The notes under the pieces were generated by a model that made no database searches, had not been told where the DNA came from, and saw only the letters and a list, made by a program, of their open reading frames with translations. A stretch of 62,925 nt of DNA, the filler included, from Thraustochytrium aureum (Eukaryota), in the NCBI GenBank assembly GCA_012862495.1. It is 6 parts of 3 records of this genome, joined end to end, with 100 filler letters (N's around TTAATTAATTAA, not from the genome) between each part and the next. Parts side by side here need not be neighbours in the genome. Positions count along the whole stretch, not along the records: positions 11,988 to 38,792 come from BLSG01000091.1; positions 38,893 to 52,518 come from BLSG01000092.1; 4 more parts are not named here. One strand, 5' to 3'. The position numbers and the translations under genes were made by a program. Position 1 is the first letter of the stretch. The number at the start of each line of letters is the position of its first letter. Of this stretch, positions 31,655 to 43,040 are shown in pieces.

Positions 31655-32723
31655 GGCGCCTGCAACCGCGCCCCCGCGTCCGCGCGCGCTCGCCTTCAGT
31701 CCAGCGGCCAAGCCAACCCGGCGACCGGCGGGTCGCTCGGCGTGCGCGACGAGGCCGGGCCTGGTTGGTGGCAAGCAAGCAAGCAAGCAAGGGAGGGGAG
31801 GGGAGGGGAGCGGAGGCCGGCAACCCCTGCGCGGGCCAGCACCAGCACACCGCCCAAAAAAGCAGCAGCGCGCCGCAGCGCCGCGACGCAGTACCTCAGC
31901 AGGGCCTGCACAGACACGCGTAGGCTCTGCTACAGCCCGCCCGCCCGCACGCCCGCCCGCCTGCGCGCTGCCGAAGCTGCTCTGCTGCGCCGGGTCGCAT
32001 CGCTTGCAGAAGCGCTTCCGCATTATGCGGAACGCGGGCACACCTTTGAGGGGAACGCACCCGTCCAGCACGGGCCTAAGTGCACACCTCCCGCAGTTTG
32101 CGAGCGAGGCAGGAGGGAGGGCCATGGTACCCCTCGAAGGCGTTGTCCTCGCTGCGCGCGAGGAAGCCCGCTGGCATGTGCATGCGTGCTGCCTGATGCG
32201 CTTTCGTCGCGTTGCTTTTGCGCTGCACATTGCACAATACAAACGCGAATGCATGCACATTGCACAGACGCGAGCACATTCGCACTCCTTGTTTGCACCC
32301 TTGCATTGCGACTGGACGCCCAAGTACAACCTCCACACCATGTGCACAACTGCATTGCCCCTGGGCTCATTCAAGAGTCTGCAGCGCGGTTGATCGACAT
32401 TTTGTTGCGCTGCGGGAATGGACGACATCGCTCGCGCTTTGTTCTCAACGGCATGCGAGTCATCAACTGTCTTGTCTGCTGGCCGCGCCATGCCCTGCGG
32501 GGTTTCTCGCGACGTTGAGCCGGCGAGCGAGGGAAGGTTGCAGCAATTGCACAAGCTGTTTGCTGGACTGGGGCTTTGCAAGAGACTGGGCAGACCCCGT
32601 TCGATCGCGCGCTCGAGTTGACGTCGTTGTTGCTCCGCATTGTTGCCCTGCACCTTGCGCGGGCTCCAAGCTCGATTCACGGCGGGCGCTGGACGGAGAG
32701 CTGGGCTCGAGCAGGCACAGAGC

Positions 32724-34327
32724 ATGCGGCGGACGGCGGCGCGAGTGGTGGGAGGCGGCCTGGCGCTCGGGTGCGTCGGGCTCGGCGGAGTCGCTGCGAA
32801 CGACGAGGGCGTGCGGCGCTCGATCAAGTTTTGCGGCTTGATGGCACCGATCATGGCCAAGTACACGTGGGCAGACGTGCGAGGCGCGTCCGAGGAGGAG
32901 ACAAACGCGCTGCACGACGCGGGAGGCGCCCCGCGTCCTGCAAGCCATCCTGAAGATGGGAGGCTACTATGTCAAGGCCGCGCAAACGTGCGTCGGTAGC
33001 GGGCTCCTGCCGGCCGCTTACGAGGAAGCCTTCCAGCCGCTCCTGGACGGATGCCCGGCGCGGCCGTTCAGCGAGATCAGACGTATCGTGGAGGGCGAGC
33101 TCGGCTGCAAGGTGGAGGACGTGTTTAGCCGGTTTGACGAAGAGCCGCTCGGCGCCGCCTCCATCGGCCAGGCCCACCGCGCGCGGCTCGCAAGCGACCA
33201 CGGCCGCCCCGTGGTCGTCAAGGTGCAGTACCCTGACGTCGAGCGGTTCTTTCGCACCGACCTCCAGACCATCAAGCTCCTGATCAGCGCCACCGGCGAC
33301 TTTGGCGACAAGCTCGGGGACATCATCGACGACATGGCCAAGTCGTTCGACGACGAGTTCGACTTTGCTCGGGAGGCCGACTTTTTGCGCGAAGCGCGCT
33401 CCAACCTTGCCAAGGGCCCGTACCGCGAAGCCGCCGTGATCCCAGAGCCCGTCCAGGGCCTTTGCACGCGCAAGGTGCTCGTCATGGACGAGGTCCAGGG
33501 ACAGCCCGTTCGGGGCTACGTCAAAGAGATGATCCGAGAGCTTGCGCTCGCAAGCGGCCAGAGCCCAGAGCAGTGGCTCAAAGAGGCGCAGCACGAGCTG
33601 ATGAACGACCCGGCCAAGCTAGAGGAGTTTGTCCGGGCCGAGGGCCCCAGCGAAGCCGCGATGGATGCCGCCATCATGGCTCTCACGGCCTGGGAGTACC
33701 TGGTCAACTTTGGGCGCGTTCTGGTGGGCCACGCGCCGCGCTGGTCGACGCGGCCTCTCAACGGCCCACGGCTCACAAAGACCCTGTTTGGCATCCACGG
33801 TCGCCAAAATCTTTCTGGACGGGCTCTTCAACAGCGACCCTCATGCAGGCAACATCATCGTCCAGCCAGACGGCCGCGTGGGCCTCGTCGACTACGGGGC
33901 CGCTTACCGGCTTACGCGCGAGCAGCGCGCGGCCTTTGCCGACCTCATCCTGGCGCTTCACACTGGAGACGACGACGCTGCGGTTGATGCTTTTGTCGCC
34001 AGCGGAGCGCGCACCAAGAACTTTGACCGCACCTTTTTGCTCGCCTACGCCAAGCTGAGCTTTTTCCGCGGCTATCACCCAGACGACATGCGCGCCCTGG
34101 GCCTCCCTGCGGACGACCCGGCCGGAATCGAGGGCTACCTGAGCAAAATCGACCACTGGCACGAGTTCCCGACTCACTTGGTGCTCCTCCAGCGCTGTGC
34201 GATGGTCCTTCAAGGGCTAGCGATCCAAGTTGGCGCCGGCAACGTCTCGATAGCCGCGCTTTGGGCCGACCAAGCTGCAGCCTTCAAGCGCGCGCAAGCG
34301 GTGGAGGCCGCCGCCGCGGACGCGTAG
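32724..34327 (+). CDS. ABC1/UbiB/ADCK atypical kinase (frameshifts at ~32921 and ~33806)
   Basis: MGGYYVKAAQ, PLGAASIGQAHRA, VVVKVQYP, EFDFAREA, GLFNSDPHAGNI and LVDYG. Confidence 0.88.
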
Positions 34328-35673
34328 TTCCCGGCGCCAACGTGTCGCCGCTCGAGCCTTGTCTCTCTCTAGCTCTAGGAAAACGTAGAGAGCCCGAGAG
34401 CGCTAGCGTTAGCGATGTATCTTTTGAAAATGATGATGGACCGAATAGTCATTGGCAAATTGGTCATTGCATGATTGGAGTCTTCTGCGCAGCCGCTATC
34501 CCATTCACACCATAGAGTACGTGGAGTAGAGTACGATGAAACGAAAACAACTATTGTGGAGTTGGGCACTCTACCTACACTATTCCAGTCCAGCAAAGCA
34601 GATCTGCTCTTCGGCATGGCGTCCTGGTCTACTTTACTCTGCGCACGCGCTGGGCGCCCCCTCTCCCGGTCACCTGCTGTACTGTGTTGGCGTGAAGGGA
34701 ATGCTTGGCTGAAACGGAGGGTAAGACAGCTTTTGATCGAACGGAAACATCGGCTGCGTCGTTGTCNNNNNNNNNNNNNNNNNNNNNNNNNNNNNNNNNN
34801 NNNNNNNNNNNNNNNNNNNNNNNNNNNNNNNNNNNNNNNNNNNNNNNNNNNNNNNNNNNNNNNNNNNNNNNNNNNNNNNNNNNNNNNNNNNNNNNNNNNN
34901 NNNNNNNNNNNNNNNNNNNNNNNNNNNNNNNNNNNNNNNNNNNNNNNNNNNNNNNNNNNNNNNNNNNNNNNNNNNNNNNNNNNNNNNNNNNNNNNNNNNN
35001 NNNNNNNNNNNNNNNNNNNNNNNNNNNNNNNNNNNNNNNNNNNNNNNNNNNNNNNNNNNNNNNNNNNNNNNNNNNNNNNNNNNNNNNNNNNNNNNNNNNN
35101 NNNNNNNNNNNNNNNNNNNNNNNNNNNNNNNNNNNNNNNNNNNNNNNNNNNNNNNNNNNNNNNNNNNNNNNNNNNNNNNNNNNNNNNNNNNNNNNNNNNN
35201 NNNNNNNNNNNNNNNNNNNNNNNNNNNNNNNNNNNNNNNNNNNNNNNNNNNNNNNNNNNNNNNNNNNNNNNNNNNNNNNNNNNNNNNNNNNNNNNNNNNN
35301 NNNNNNNNNNNNNNNNNNNNNNNNNNNNNNNNNNNNNNNNNNNNNNNNNNNNNNNNNNNNNNNNNNNNNNNNNNNNNNNNNNNNNNNNNNNNNNNNNNNN
35401 NNNNNNNNNNNNNNNNNNNNNNNNNNNNNNNNNNNNNNNNNNNNNNNNNNNNNNNNNNNNNNNNNNNNNNNNNNNNNNNNNNNNNNNNNNNNNNNNNNNN
35501 NNNNNNNNNNNNNNNNNNNNNNNNNNNNNNNNNNNNNNNNNNNNNNNNNNNNNNNNNNNNNNNNNNNNNNNNNNNNNNNNNNNNNNNNNNNNNNNNNNNN
35601 NNNNNNNNNNNNNNNNNNNNNNNNNNNNNNNNNNNNNNNNNNNNNNNNNNNNNNNNNNNNNNNNNNNNNNNNN

Positions 35674-36797
35674 TCTTCCATCTTATTATGCGGCCCAGAA
35701 GGATAAAGTTCTTCCTGAAAAAGTACGTGGTCGCCTTGGCCGCCGGGCGAGAGCACACCGTTGCGGTGCTGTCCAACGGCCAGGTGTACACGTGGGGCTC
35801 TGGCGTGTACGGGCGCCTCGGGCACGGTGACCAAAAAGACCTGGTCGAGCCACGGTTGGTTGCCTACTTTAGCAGCGGCGCCACAGCCGGAAAAATCGAC
35901 AGCCACGCCGAGGCGGCGCAGGAGGAAAAGGAAAGGGATGCAGAGCAACCCGAGCACGAGACGGCGAACGTTCACATTGTGCAGGTGGCCTGCGGACTGC
36001 ATCACACTTTGGCGCTTGACGACGAAGGGCGGATCTACAGCTGGGGCCTCGGGTTGAGCGGGAGACTCGGCCACGGCGACGAAGTGGACCAATTTGTCCC
36101 AAAGCTCATCAAGTCTATGGCAGAGCAGAGCATCCAAGCGTCCGTCGTGAGATGCGGGTGGGACCACAGTGCGTGCCTTTCTAAGGCGAAGGGCCACGTC
36201 TATACCTGGGGCTCCGGACGCAGCTTTCAGCTCGGGGGGATCGGGCTCTCCGGCCGGCAGGAGACCGACGAGCACCGAAGCATGCCTACGAAAGTAATCC
36301 AGTGGGTGGAGAACAACAACAAGGCGAACGGGGGCGTCAAATTTCTGTTCTCCCCGCCGCGCGTCGTTGACCTTAGCTGCGGCGGCAAGCACAACTTGGC
36401 GGTGACCGATACAGGGGCAGTCTTTTCCTGGGGCCGCGGGGAGTTTGGCCGCCTCGGGCACAACGACCAGCGCCACAAAGTCTACCCGTGGCTCATCGGC
36501 GCGCTGCAGGACGTCAAGATCAAGAGCGTTGCAGCAGGAGGGTACCACTCGATGGCTTTGGCCGAGACGGGCGAGCTCTACGCCTGGGGCAACAACGAGC
36601 ACGGCCGCTTGGGGATTGGCAACACAAACGAGCTTTGCGTGACAAGTCCAGTGATCGTCCCCCTCTCGAAAGCGACCAACAAGAACCGCCAAGTCATCAC
36701 GCGCATCTACGCAGGTGCGTATGTGTCGATGGCGTTTGGCGTTGCCAACATCGGCAACAACAGCAGCTCATGGTACTCGCAGTGCGTCGTGCAGTAG
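35674..36797 (+). CDS. RCC1-repeat protein with a C-terminal CaaX box (CVVQ); 5' end in gap
   Basis: Repeats such as AAGREHTVAV..GQVYTWGSGVYGRLGHG, VACGLHHTLAL..IYSWG..GRLGHG and VAAGGYHSMAL..LYAWGNNEHGRLG; ends CVVQ-stop. Confidence 0.88.
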
Positions 36798-36891
36798 GCC
36801 TCTAGAGGCAATGTTTTTTATTTTTGCGAACGGCCACCCGACATGTCTCGGGTGGCAGGACGAGAATCAAACTCCTGAACACCATAATCGT

Positions 36892-38263
36892 TTATGTCGA
36901 GCTTTTCGCTGGTTGGTCCGCGGGCCCCGGCCCATCGTCGGCGGCGCCACTGCCTTCCTCCTCCTCGTCTGCGCTCTCGCGGCCAGTCTTGTTCTCGCCA
37001 CCTTGGCTGGCTTTGCTGCCCTTGTCGCTCTCGTCGGCGCTTGAGGCGCTGGCCTTGTCGTTCGCCGTTTTTCGCGTCCTCGTCCGGCCCGGTCGCATCG
37101 GACTCTGCGTTGGCCAACTTTGGCGTAGCTGCAGCAGCCGGCGCGCTCGTTGGCGATTCGGGTGACTCTGCCGCCTCGGCCTCTTTGTCTTGCGACGAGC
37201 CAGACGCCTCGCTATGCGCCGCCGCGGCCGCTGCCGGTGACGAGGTCGCGTCGTCGGCTTGCTCGCCCGCCAGAGCTTGCTTGGTTGGATTCTGCTGCTC
37301 GCCGTCCTGCGGGCCAGACTCGGCCCTGCTCTCCGGCGCTGCTTCTGGCCTTTGCTCGCTGGTCTTGCCTGGGGCGGGCGCCTGCTCCGGGACACTTTGA
37401 CTCGCGTTGTTGGGTGGCAAAGCACTTTGCTTGTCGTCGACGTCCGTGGCGCCAATCTCGTTCTTCATTGGCTCGACGTGGTCCCCGGACTCGCTTTTCT
37501 TGCCAACCTCTTCGTCAGCACTCGGCGCGCGGTTGTTTTGAGGTTCCCGGGCCGGGACGGCGGCTTTCGCCTCGCTAGGCTCAGCTTTCACGAGAGGCTC
37601 TGGAGCAGCGGCAGCGCGGCCCTCCTCGCCTTCCTCGTCGTCGTCGCCTTCAACCTCCATGCCTTCGGGGCCACGGCGCGGCTCTGGGTGGCTGCTGGCG
37701 CTCTTGGTTTCCGAGGCTTCGTCGGTTGAGAGCTTGACGCGCTTGGCGGGGAGTGCCCCTGATTGCCCAGCGCGGAGTTCTAGTGCGGCGGCGCAAGCTT
37801 GAGCGGTTAGCGATTTGCCCAGCACGAAGGGGCGCTGGCAGGCAGAGCACGAAGGGGCGCAGGCAGGCAGAGCACGACACTTACCTTCGAGACATTGCTC
37901 GAGTGGACCGATGAACTCATCGAACTGGATGGTCCGGAGCGCGAGAAAGACGTCGCGCGCAGACAAGGTCTGCCGGTTGCTCTCCCTGCAGTGCGCGTTG
38001 GACCTGCGCTCGCGCACAGCGTCAGGCGCCGCCTCGGGCCATGCCGCTAGCGCAGCGCTTCCTACCTGGCCGACTTACGCAGAGGTCAGGTACATGATGA
38101 AAATCCCCGCGGCCTTGGAGAAGGCGATCTTGGCCTCCTTGCTGACCGAAAACCCATCCGGCAGCTTGCGCTTCAGAATCCTCGACACGCTGGCTTGCGG
38201 CAGCTCAAACTCCTTCTCGATGGCGCTCGCCGCCGCCGCCCCGGCGCCGGCCCCGGCGCTCAT
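36892..38263 (-). CDS. POLE3: Histone-fold protein POLE3/DPB4/CHRAC17-like with a long acidic low-complexity tail; introns 38004-38078 and 37798-37884
   Basis: ELPQASVSRILKRKLPDGFSVSKEAKIAFSKAAGIFIMYLTSA|SNAHCRESNRQTLSARDVFLAL...FDEFIGPLEQCLE. Both introns have GTAAGT donors and CTGAC/CTAAC branch points. The 3' end is uncertain: 36892 with a frameshift at ~37070, or 36818. Confidence 0.8.
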
Positions 38264-38836
38264 CCCGGCAAACACGTTCAAAAACCGGGCGAGCAGGTCT
38301 CCGTCGACGAAGATCGCAGAGCGCAGCCAGCGGCGTGAAACAAAAAACCACAAGCCGCCGCGCCGGAGCAGCCCAGCAGAAACACGCGCAGCCGCACACG
38401 ACGCAGACGACGCACACGACGCAGCCGCAGCCTCGTCCCGCGCGCGCGTCTCTTTCGAGCTCTGCGTCCTCCTCCGCCATTTCAAACCTCCCACGGCCAA
38501 CTCCACCACGCCTCGAAACACCCTCTCCCAAACCTAACCCACGCGGTCAACCCCAGCCGCCGGCCACTCCGGCCCTCCCCCACTTCCGCCGCGCAAACCT
38601 TCTTCCCGTACAAACCCCCAGGGCGCCGCCAGTAATGATACCGCAAATAGGTAGCGGCCGGCGGATGGGCGGATTTAACAAGAAACACGGAGAAGCGCGC
38701 GGGATGCTGGAGTGGGGCCCTTCCAGAACGAGAGAGGAGCTCGGACGGTTGGGAAGCAGAGCGAATACGGCCGCAGCAGAGCCGCATCGAAGNNNNNNNN
38801 NNNNNNNNNNNNNNNNNNNNNNNNNNNNNNNNNNNN

Positions 38837-38848
38837 TTAATTAATTAA
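38837..38848. other. Artificial contig linker TTAATTAATTAA
   Basis: Same 12-mer within N runs. Confidence 0.97.
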
Positions 38849-38959
38849 NNNNNNNNNNNNNNNNNNNNNNNNNNNNNNNNNNNNNNNNNNNNGCAGGCAC
38901 GAGGCCGGCATGAGCGCGCTCGACAGCGACCAGCGCACTGCCTCCCTGCTACGACTTAC

Positions 38960-39320
38960 ACCAGCTCAGTCAGCGTCGAGTTGGTTTTGAGCGCCTTGGC
39001 GAGCGCGCCAGCCCCTGCAACATCGATGCGGTGGTTGAAGAAACTGTTGTTGTTGTATTGGTTGTTGTCGTTCAATGATGGCGATGGTCGCGAGTTGGTC
39101 AGCCACCGCCAAGAAACACAGAGCGTTTCGGCAACGCAAGCAGGCTCGGTCTGTCTGTGCGTACGCGGGCACGAGGCAGGCACGAGCGCGCTCGACAGCC
39201 AGCCATACACTCACTGGATCGACGTCTCCCCGCGCTTCATCGCGGCCACCGGCACCCTGGCGGAATTGCATTGGCCCATCTTGCTTGCCAGTGGGTCTCT
39301 GTGCAGCTCTCACCCTCCAG
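38960..39320 (-). pseudogene. Fragment of an RI/NLRC3-like leucine-rich-repeat gene (exon pieces, possibly degenerate)
   Basis: IDVAGAGALAKALKTNSTLTEL is followed by a GTAAGT donor. The downstream intron sequence resembles the intron after the previous donor (GCTGTCGAGCGCGCTC..TGCC..CCTCGTGCC). No AG acceptor follows the GCTGAC branch point. Confidence 0.5.
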
Positions 39321-39979
39321 CGCTGGAAACGCGACGCAAGACCTCGCCTCGCGCGCGCGCAAGTCGTGGCCTGGTACGCCTCCCCTCGACGCCGCCAGCG
39401 CACGCACGCTCGCACGCAACGCAGTGCCCTGTGCCGTGTCGCGCCTGCTCCGCCCCGTCAGCCCTCCGCGTTGCGTGACGACCTTTTCCCCGGCGAACAA
39501 AAGAACAAGGTNNNNNNNNNNNNNNNNNNNNNNNNNNNNNNNNNNNNNNNNNNNNNNNNNNNNNNNNNNNNNNNNNNNNNNNNNNNNNNNNNNNNNNNNN
39601 NNNNNNNNNNNNNNNNNNNNNNNNNNNNNNNNNNNNNNNNNNNNNNNNNNNNNNNNNNNNNNNNNNNNNNNNNNNNNNNNNNNNNNNNNNNNNNNNNNNN
39701 NNNNNNNNNNNNNNNNNNNNNNNNNNNNNNNNNNNNNNNNGTCATGATCAGGACATCCTGGGCATGTGATGCGATTGCGCGCGGCTTTGGTTTGCACACG
39801 CACACGCGCTCTGTCATCGATCAATAATGCCAGGGGACACACCGCAGTCCAGCTCCTGTTCTGGTGGTAGTCCATGAGGTGCCTACCTTACAGAAAAGAC
39901 TCTCGGGATTCGGCTGCCTCCGTAGGCAGCCACTGACGGGACATCTCTGCGCGCGACGGACGCCGCGTGCTGCGGAGCC

Positions 39980-40310
39980 CGCAGACCAGTCCCATAGGAA
40001 TCAGATTGACAACCAACAGCTCGAGTTGGCGAAGCGCCTGGCGGATGATGGCCTTGCGATGCTGACATGAAACGTCCGTGACAAACCTGTTGACGATCGG
40101 TCGCCCGCGGGTCGAGATAGTTGCGCCAAGGAACCTCTGGTGGAGCGGCCGGAGAGGACCAGCTGAAGCCTGCGTGCCCCAGCCGCCAGTGGCCTCGATC
40201 ACGAAGCGCACATGTCGGAACGTCTTTCCGATATATCCGTTGCCACTACTTCGGCTTCAAAGTTAGTACTCTTGTCCCAGGAGGTCTCCCTTGCTCTGGG
40301 AATAGCCCTG
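39980..40310 (-). mobile_element. Possible decayed 3' fragment of an RLE-type (restriction-like endonuclease) non-LTR retrotransposon
   Basis: FRHVRFVIEATGGWGTQA resembles the F.P.V.E..GGWG..A motif. It is preceded by RARETSWDK(K)Y broken by stops and a frameshift, and followed by RFVTDVSCQHRKAI. Confidence 0.4.
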
Positions 40311-40382
40311 GCCGGCCGCGTGCGCGCAGCGCACGCACGCAAGCAAGCAAGGGAAGAGCCCCGTGCGCAGCGAGAGGTGGAG

Positions 40383-42939
40383 ATGACGAGTGGCGCCGCA
40401 TTGCGCGTAGCGGTCTTGACGCTGACCCTGCTCACAAGCCTCGCACAGAGCAGCCACGCGACGGGCGAAAGGTGGGCGGCGGCCTTTGAGCCGGTTTCGG
40501 CGTGCTTGCGATTCATGGGCAAGTGCTCGGATCCTGATGGCAATGTCCTCGCGACCTGGAGCGAAACAGCTTGCTCGTCGATTGGCATGGCCTGGGAGGC
40601 CACGTTCGCATCGTGGGAAGCGGCTGCCGCGGCGAGCGCCGCAGCGCTAGATCGCATCGAGCAGAGTCCACTTCGCCGGGGCTTATTTGTAGCGCTTGGC
40701 CGACTAGACACTTCCACTCCGGGCGCGGTCGTGGTTGACGTCATTCGCTGCTCCACCAACACATTCAATGCAGTCATCACCATCCTCGAAGCGTCTCCTG
40801 GCCCAGGCCCTCTTGCTCAGCAACGTAGTTGGAGCCCTCCCAGCAGCTGCCAAGATTCATATCACCGACTCTGCAACGCACGCCGTGGTCGTGCAGCCCA
40901 TCCCAGCGGCAGAGGTAGGCGCACGACTTGCGGCAGCGCTGCACGTCGGAGCACTTGACTGGCGCCGACGACTCGATGGAGCAACCTCATTTTCTGTCAA
41001 AACTGACCCAGGTGGCGACACTGTTGTCACAGGCGCAGACCCAGACGGGCTGAGGTTTCTCGCTAACATCCCCGAGATTTTAAGCCTCGCGCCCGTTGCT
41101 CGGTCGGCCTTGTTCAACGAAGCGGCTGCCGCAGTTTCGCAGTCAGGGTATCCTCTCGCGAGTTCCTCCGCCGCCAGTGCTACACCGATTTATGAAATGG
41201 GTATTACTGGCGAGGGCGAAATCGTCACGGTAATCGACTCTGGCATCAACATCGACCACTGCCACTTCCTGGACGCCAACACCTCCGTCAATCTGGCAAG
41301 CATCGAGGTCGGCTCTTCCAAAGCCTTTCCCACGCATCGCAAAGTCGTACACTTTTTCGCACATGCAGATACCACTGAACAGGAACCTCGCGATGCTGGC
41401 GGCTCGCTCTCCGCTGGGCACGGAACGCACGTCGCCGGGTCCGTGGCAGGCTCGCTCCAGTTCGCAGACGCGCCGCACAAGGGGATGGCGTTCCGCGCAA
41501 AGCTTGCCATCGTCGATGTTGGGACCCTGTCGGAAAGCGAGGGTTCGGAGTATGTCGCCCTCCACGTTCCTTGGCAGACGAGCTCGCTGTTCTTGCCATC
41601 CCTCAACGCTGTGAACTCGTCGATTTTCACCAACAGCTGGGGCGACGAGAGGAACGCATACTCGCCGGGGGCGCGAGATGTGGACAGCTTTCTCTTCAAC
41701 AACCAGGGCGCCGTAGTGCTGTTTGCAGCCGGCAATGCGGGCTACGTGCCTGGGGGGTCTATCGGCAGTAGCGCGAACGGGAAGAACGTCATTGTCGTCG
41801 GGGCGACGCCCAACGGGGACGGTGCAAACAGCGTCGCCTACTTTAGCAGCAACGGCCCCACGGCGGACGGCCGCATCAAGCCCGACGTCGTCGCCCCGGG
41901 CTACTTTGTGACCAGTCCTGACAGCACGACCGAGTGCGGCCTCGTCCTTATGGCCGGAACCTCGATGGCGACGCCTGTGACAGCTGGAAACGTCGCGCTG
42001 ATGCGCGAGTACCTGCGCAAGGGCTACTATCCTTCTGGTGTTGCTAGCCCTGCAGACGCCTTTACGCCGATGGGTGCGCTCCTGAAAGCCATGCTCGTGC
42101 ACAGCGCGGTGGACCTAAGCGTACGAGTCGACGGGGAGGGCGCAACGGGCGGGGGCGGCTCGTACGGGTCGAGCCAAGTTGCACCGGCCCCTGACATGTA
42201 CCAAGGCTTTGGCCGCCCGCAACTCGACACGGTCTTACTCGCGCCAGGCGGCGACGCCGCGACCAAGGGCCGGTCCGTATTTGTCCAAGGAGACTTGGCA
42301 AACATGCCACTGCTCAACCAGTCCGGCTTGGCTGTGCAGTACACCTTCAGAGTTACAGCCCCGGAGTCGCAGTTCAAGGCCACTCTCGCATGGTACGACA
42401 GTCCCACAGAGACGTTCCAGTTCGGCGCGCAGGTCGTGGTCAACGATCTGGACCTCCTTGTCACACTCAAAAACGGAACCACTATCCACCCAAACGGGCG
42501 TAGAGAGCCAGACCGCCTCAACAATGTCGAGCAGGTGGTCGTCCAGTTCACCGGGCCCGAACTCGTTGTCGTTACAGTCGCTTCTCGGCGCGTCAGCTCG
42601 TCACAGCCGTACGCTGTGGTGGTTTCTGGTCACTTCAACCTGTCTGACGTGCGCGTGTCAGCACCCGACAAGTTCACGCTGGCGCCAACGTTGGGGCCAA
42701 CTGCGTCACCATCGGTTTCGCCGAGCCTTTCGCGGGCGCCGACAATGACGCCGATGACCGACCCAGTCGCTGGCACGGTGGCACCAACAACTCTGCCGTC
42801 GGCCTCTGTGGCAGGCTCGGCTCCCTCTCGCTTGCCGACAACCAACGTCGTCGTCATAAGCGCGACGCAGCCATCACACGGCCCGCAACCTACCTTTGTG
42901 GTCGGGGCTGCTTTGCTATTGCTCTCGCGGAGAGTATGA
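40383..42939 (+). CDS. Secreted subtilisin-like S8 serine protease, Kp43/TagC type, with S/T/P-rich stalk and hydrophobic C-terminus (frameshift at ~40800)
   Basis: Signal peptide; catalytic VIDSG, GHGTHVAG and GTSMATP; oxyanion FAAGN; GRIKPDVVAPG, ALLKAMLVHSA, QGFGR, NDLDL and NNVEQ. Confidence 0.92.
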
Positions 42940-43040
42940 GCCCCTGGAAATGCATCGGCGGGCGGCAGTCGCCACTTGTTGTTTTAGTTTCTTGAAGAAA
43001 ATTGCTTGCTTGGAGACTCATGCGCGTCGCGCGACGACCT

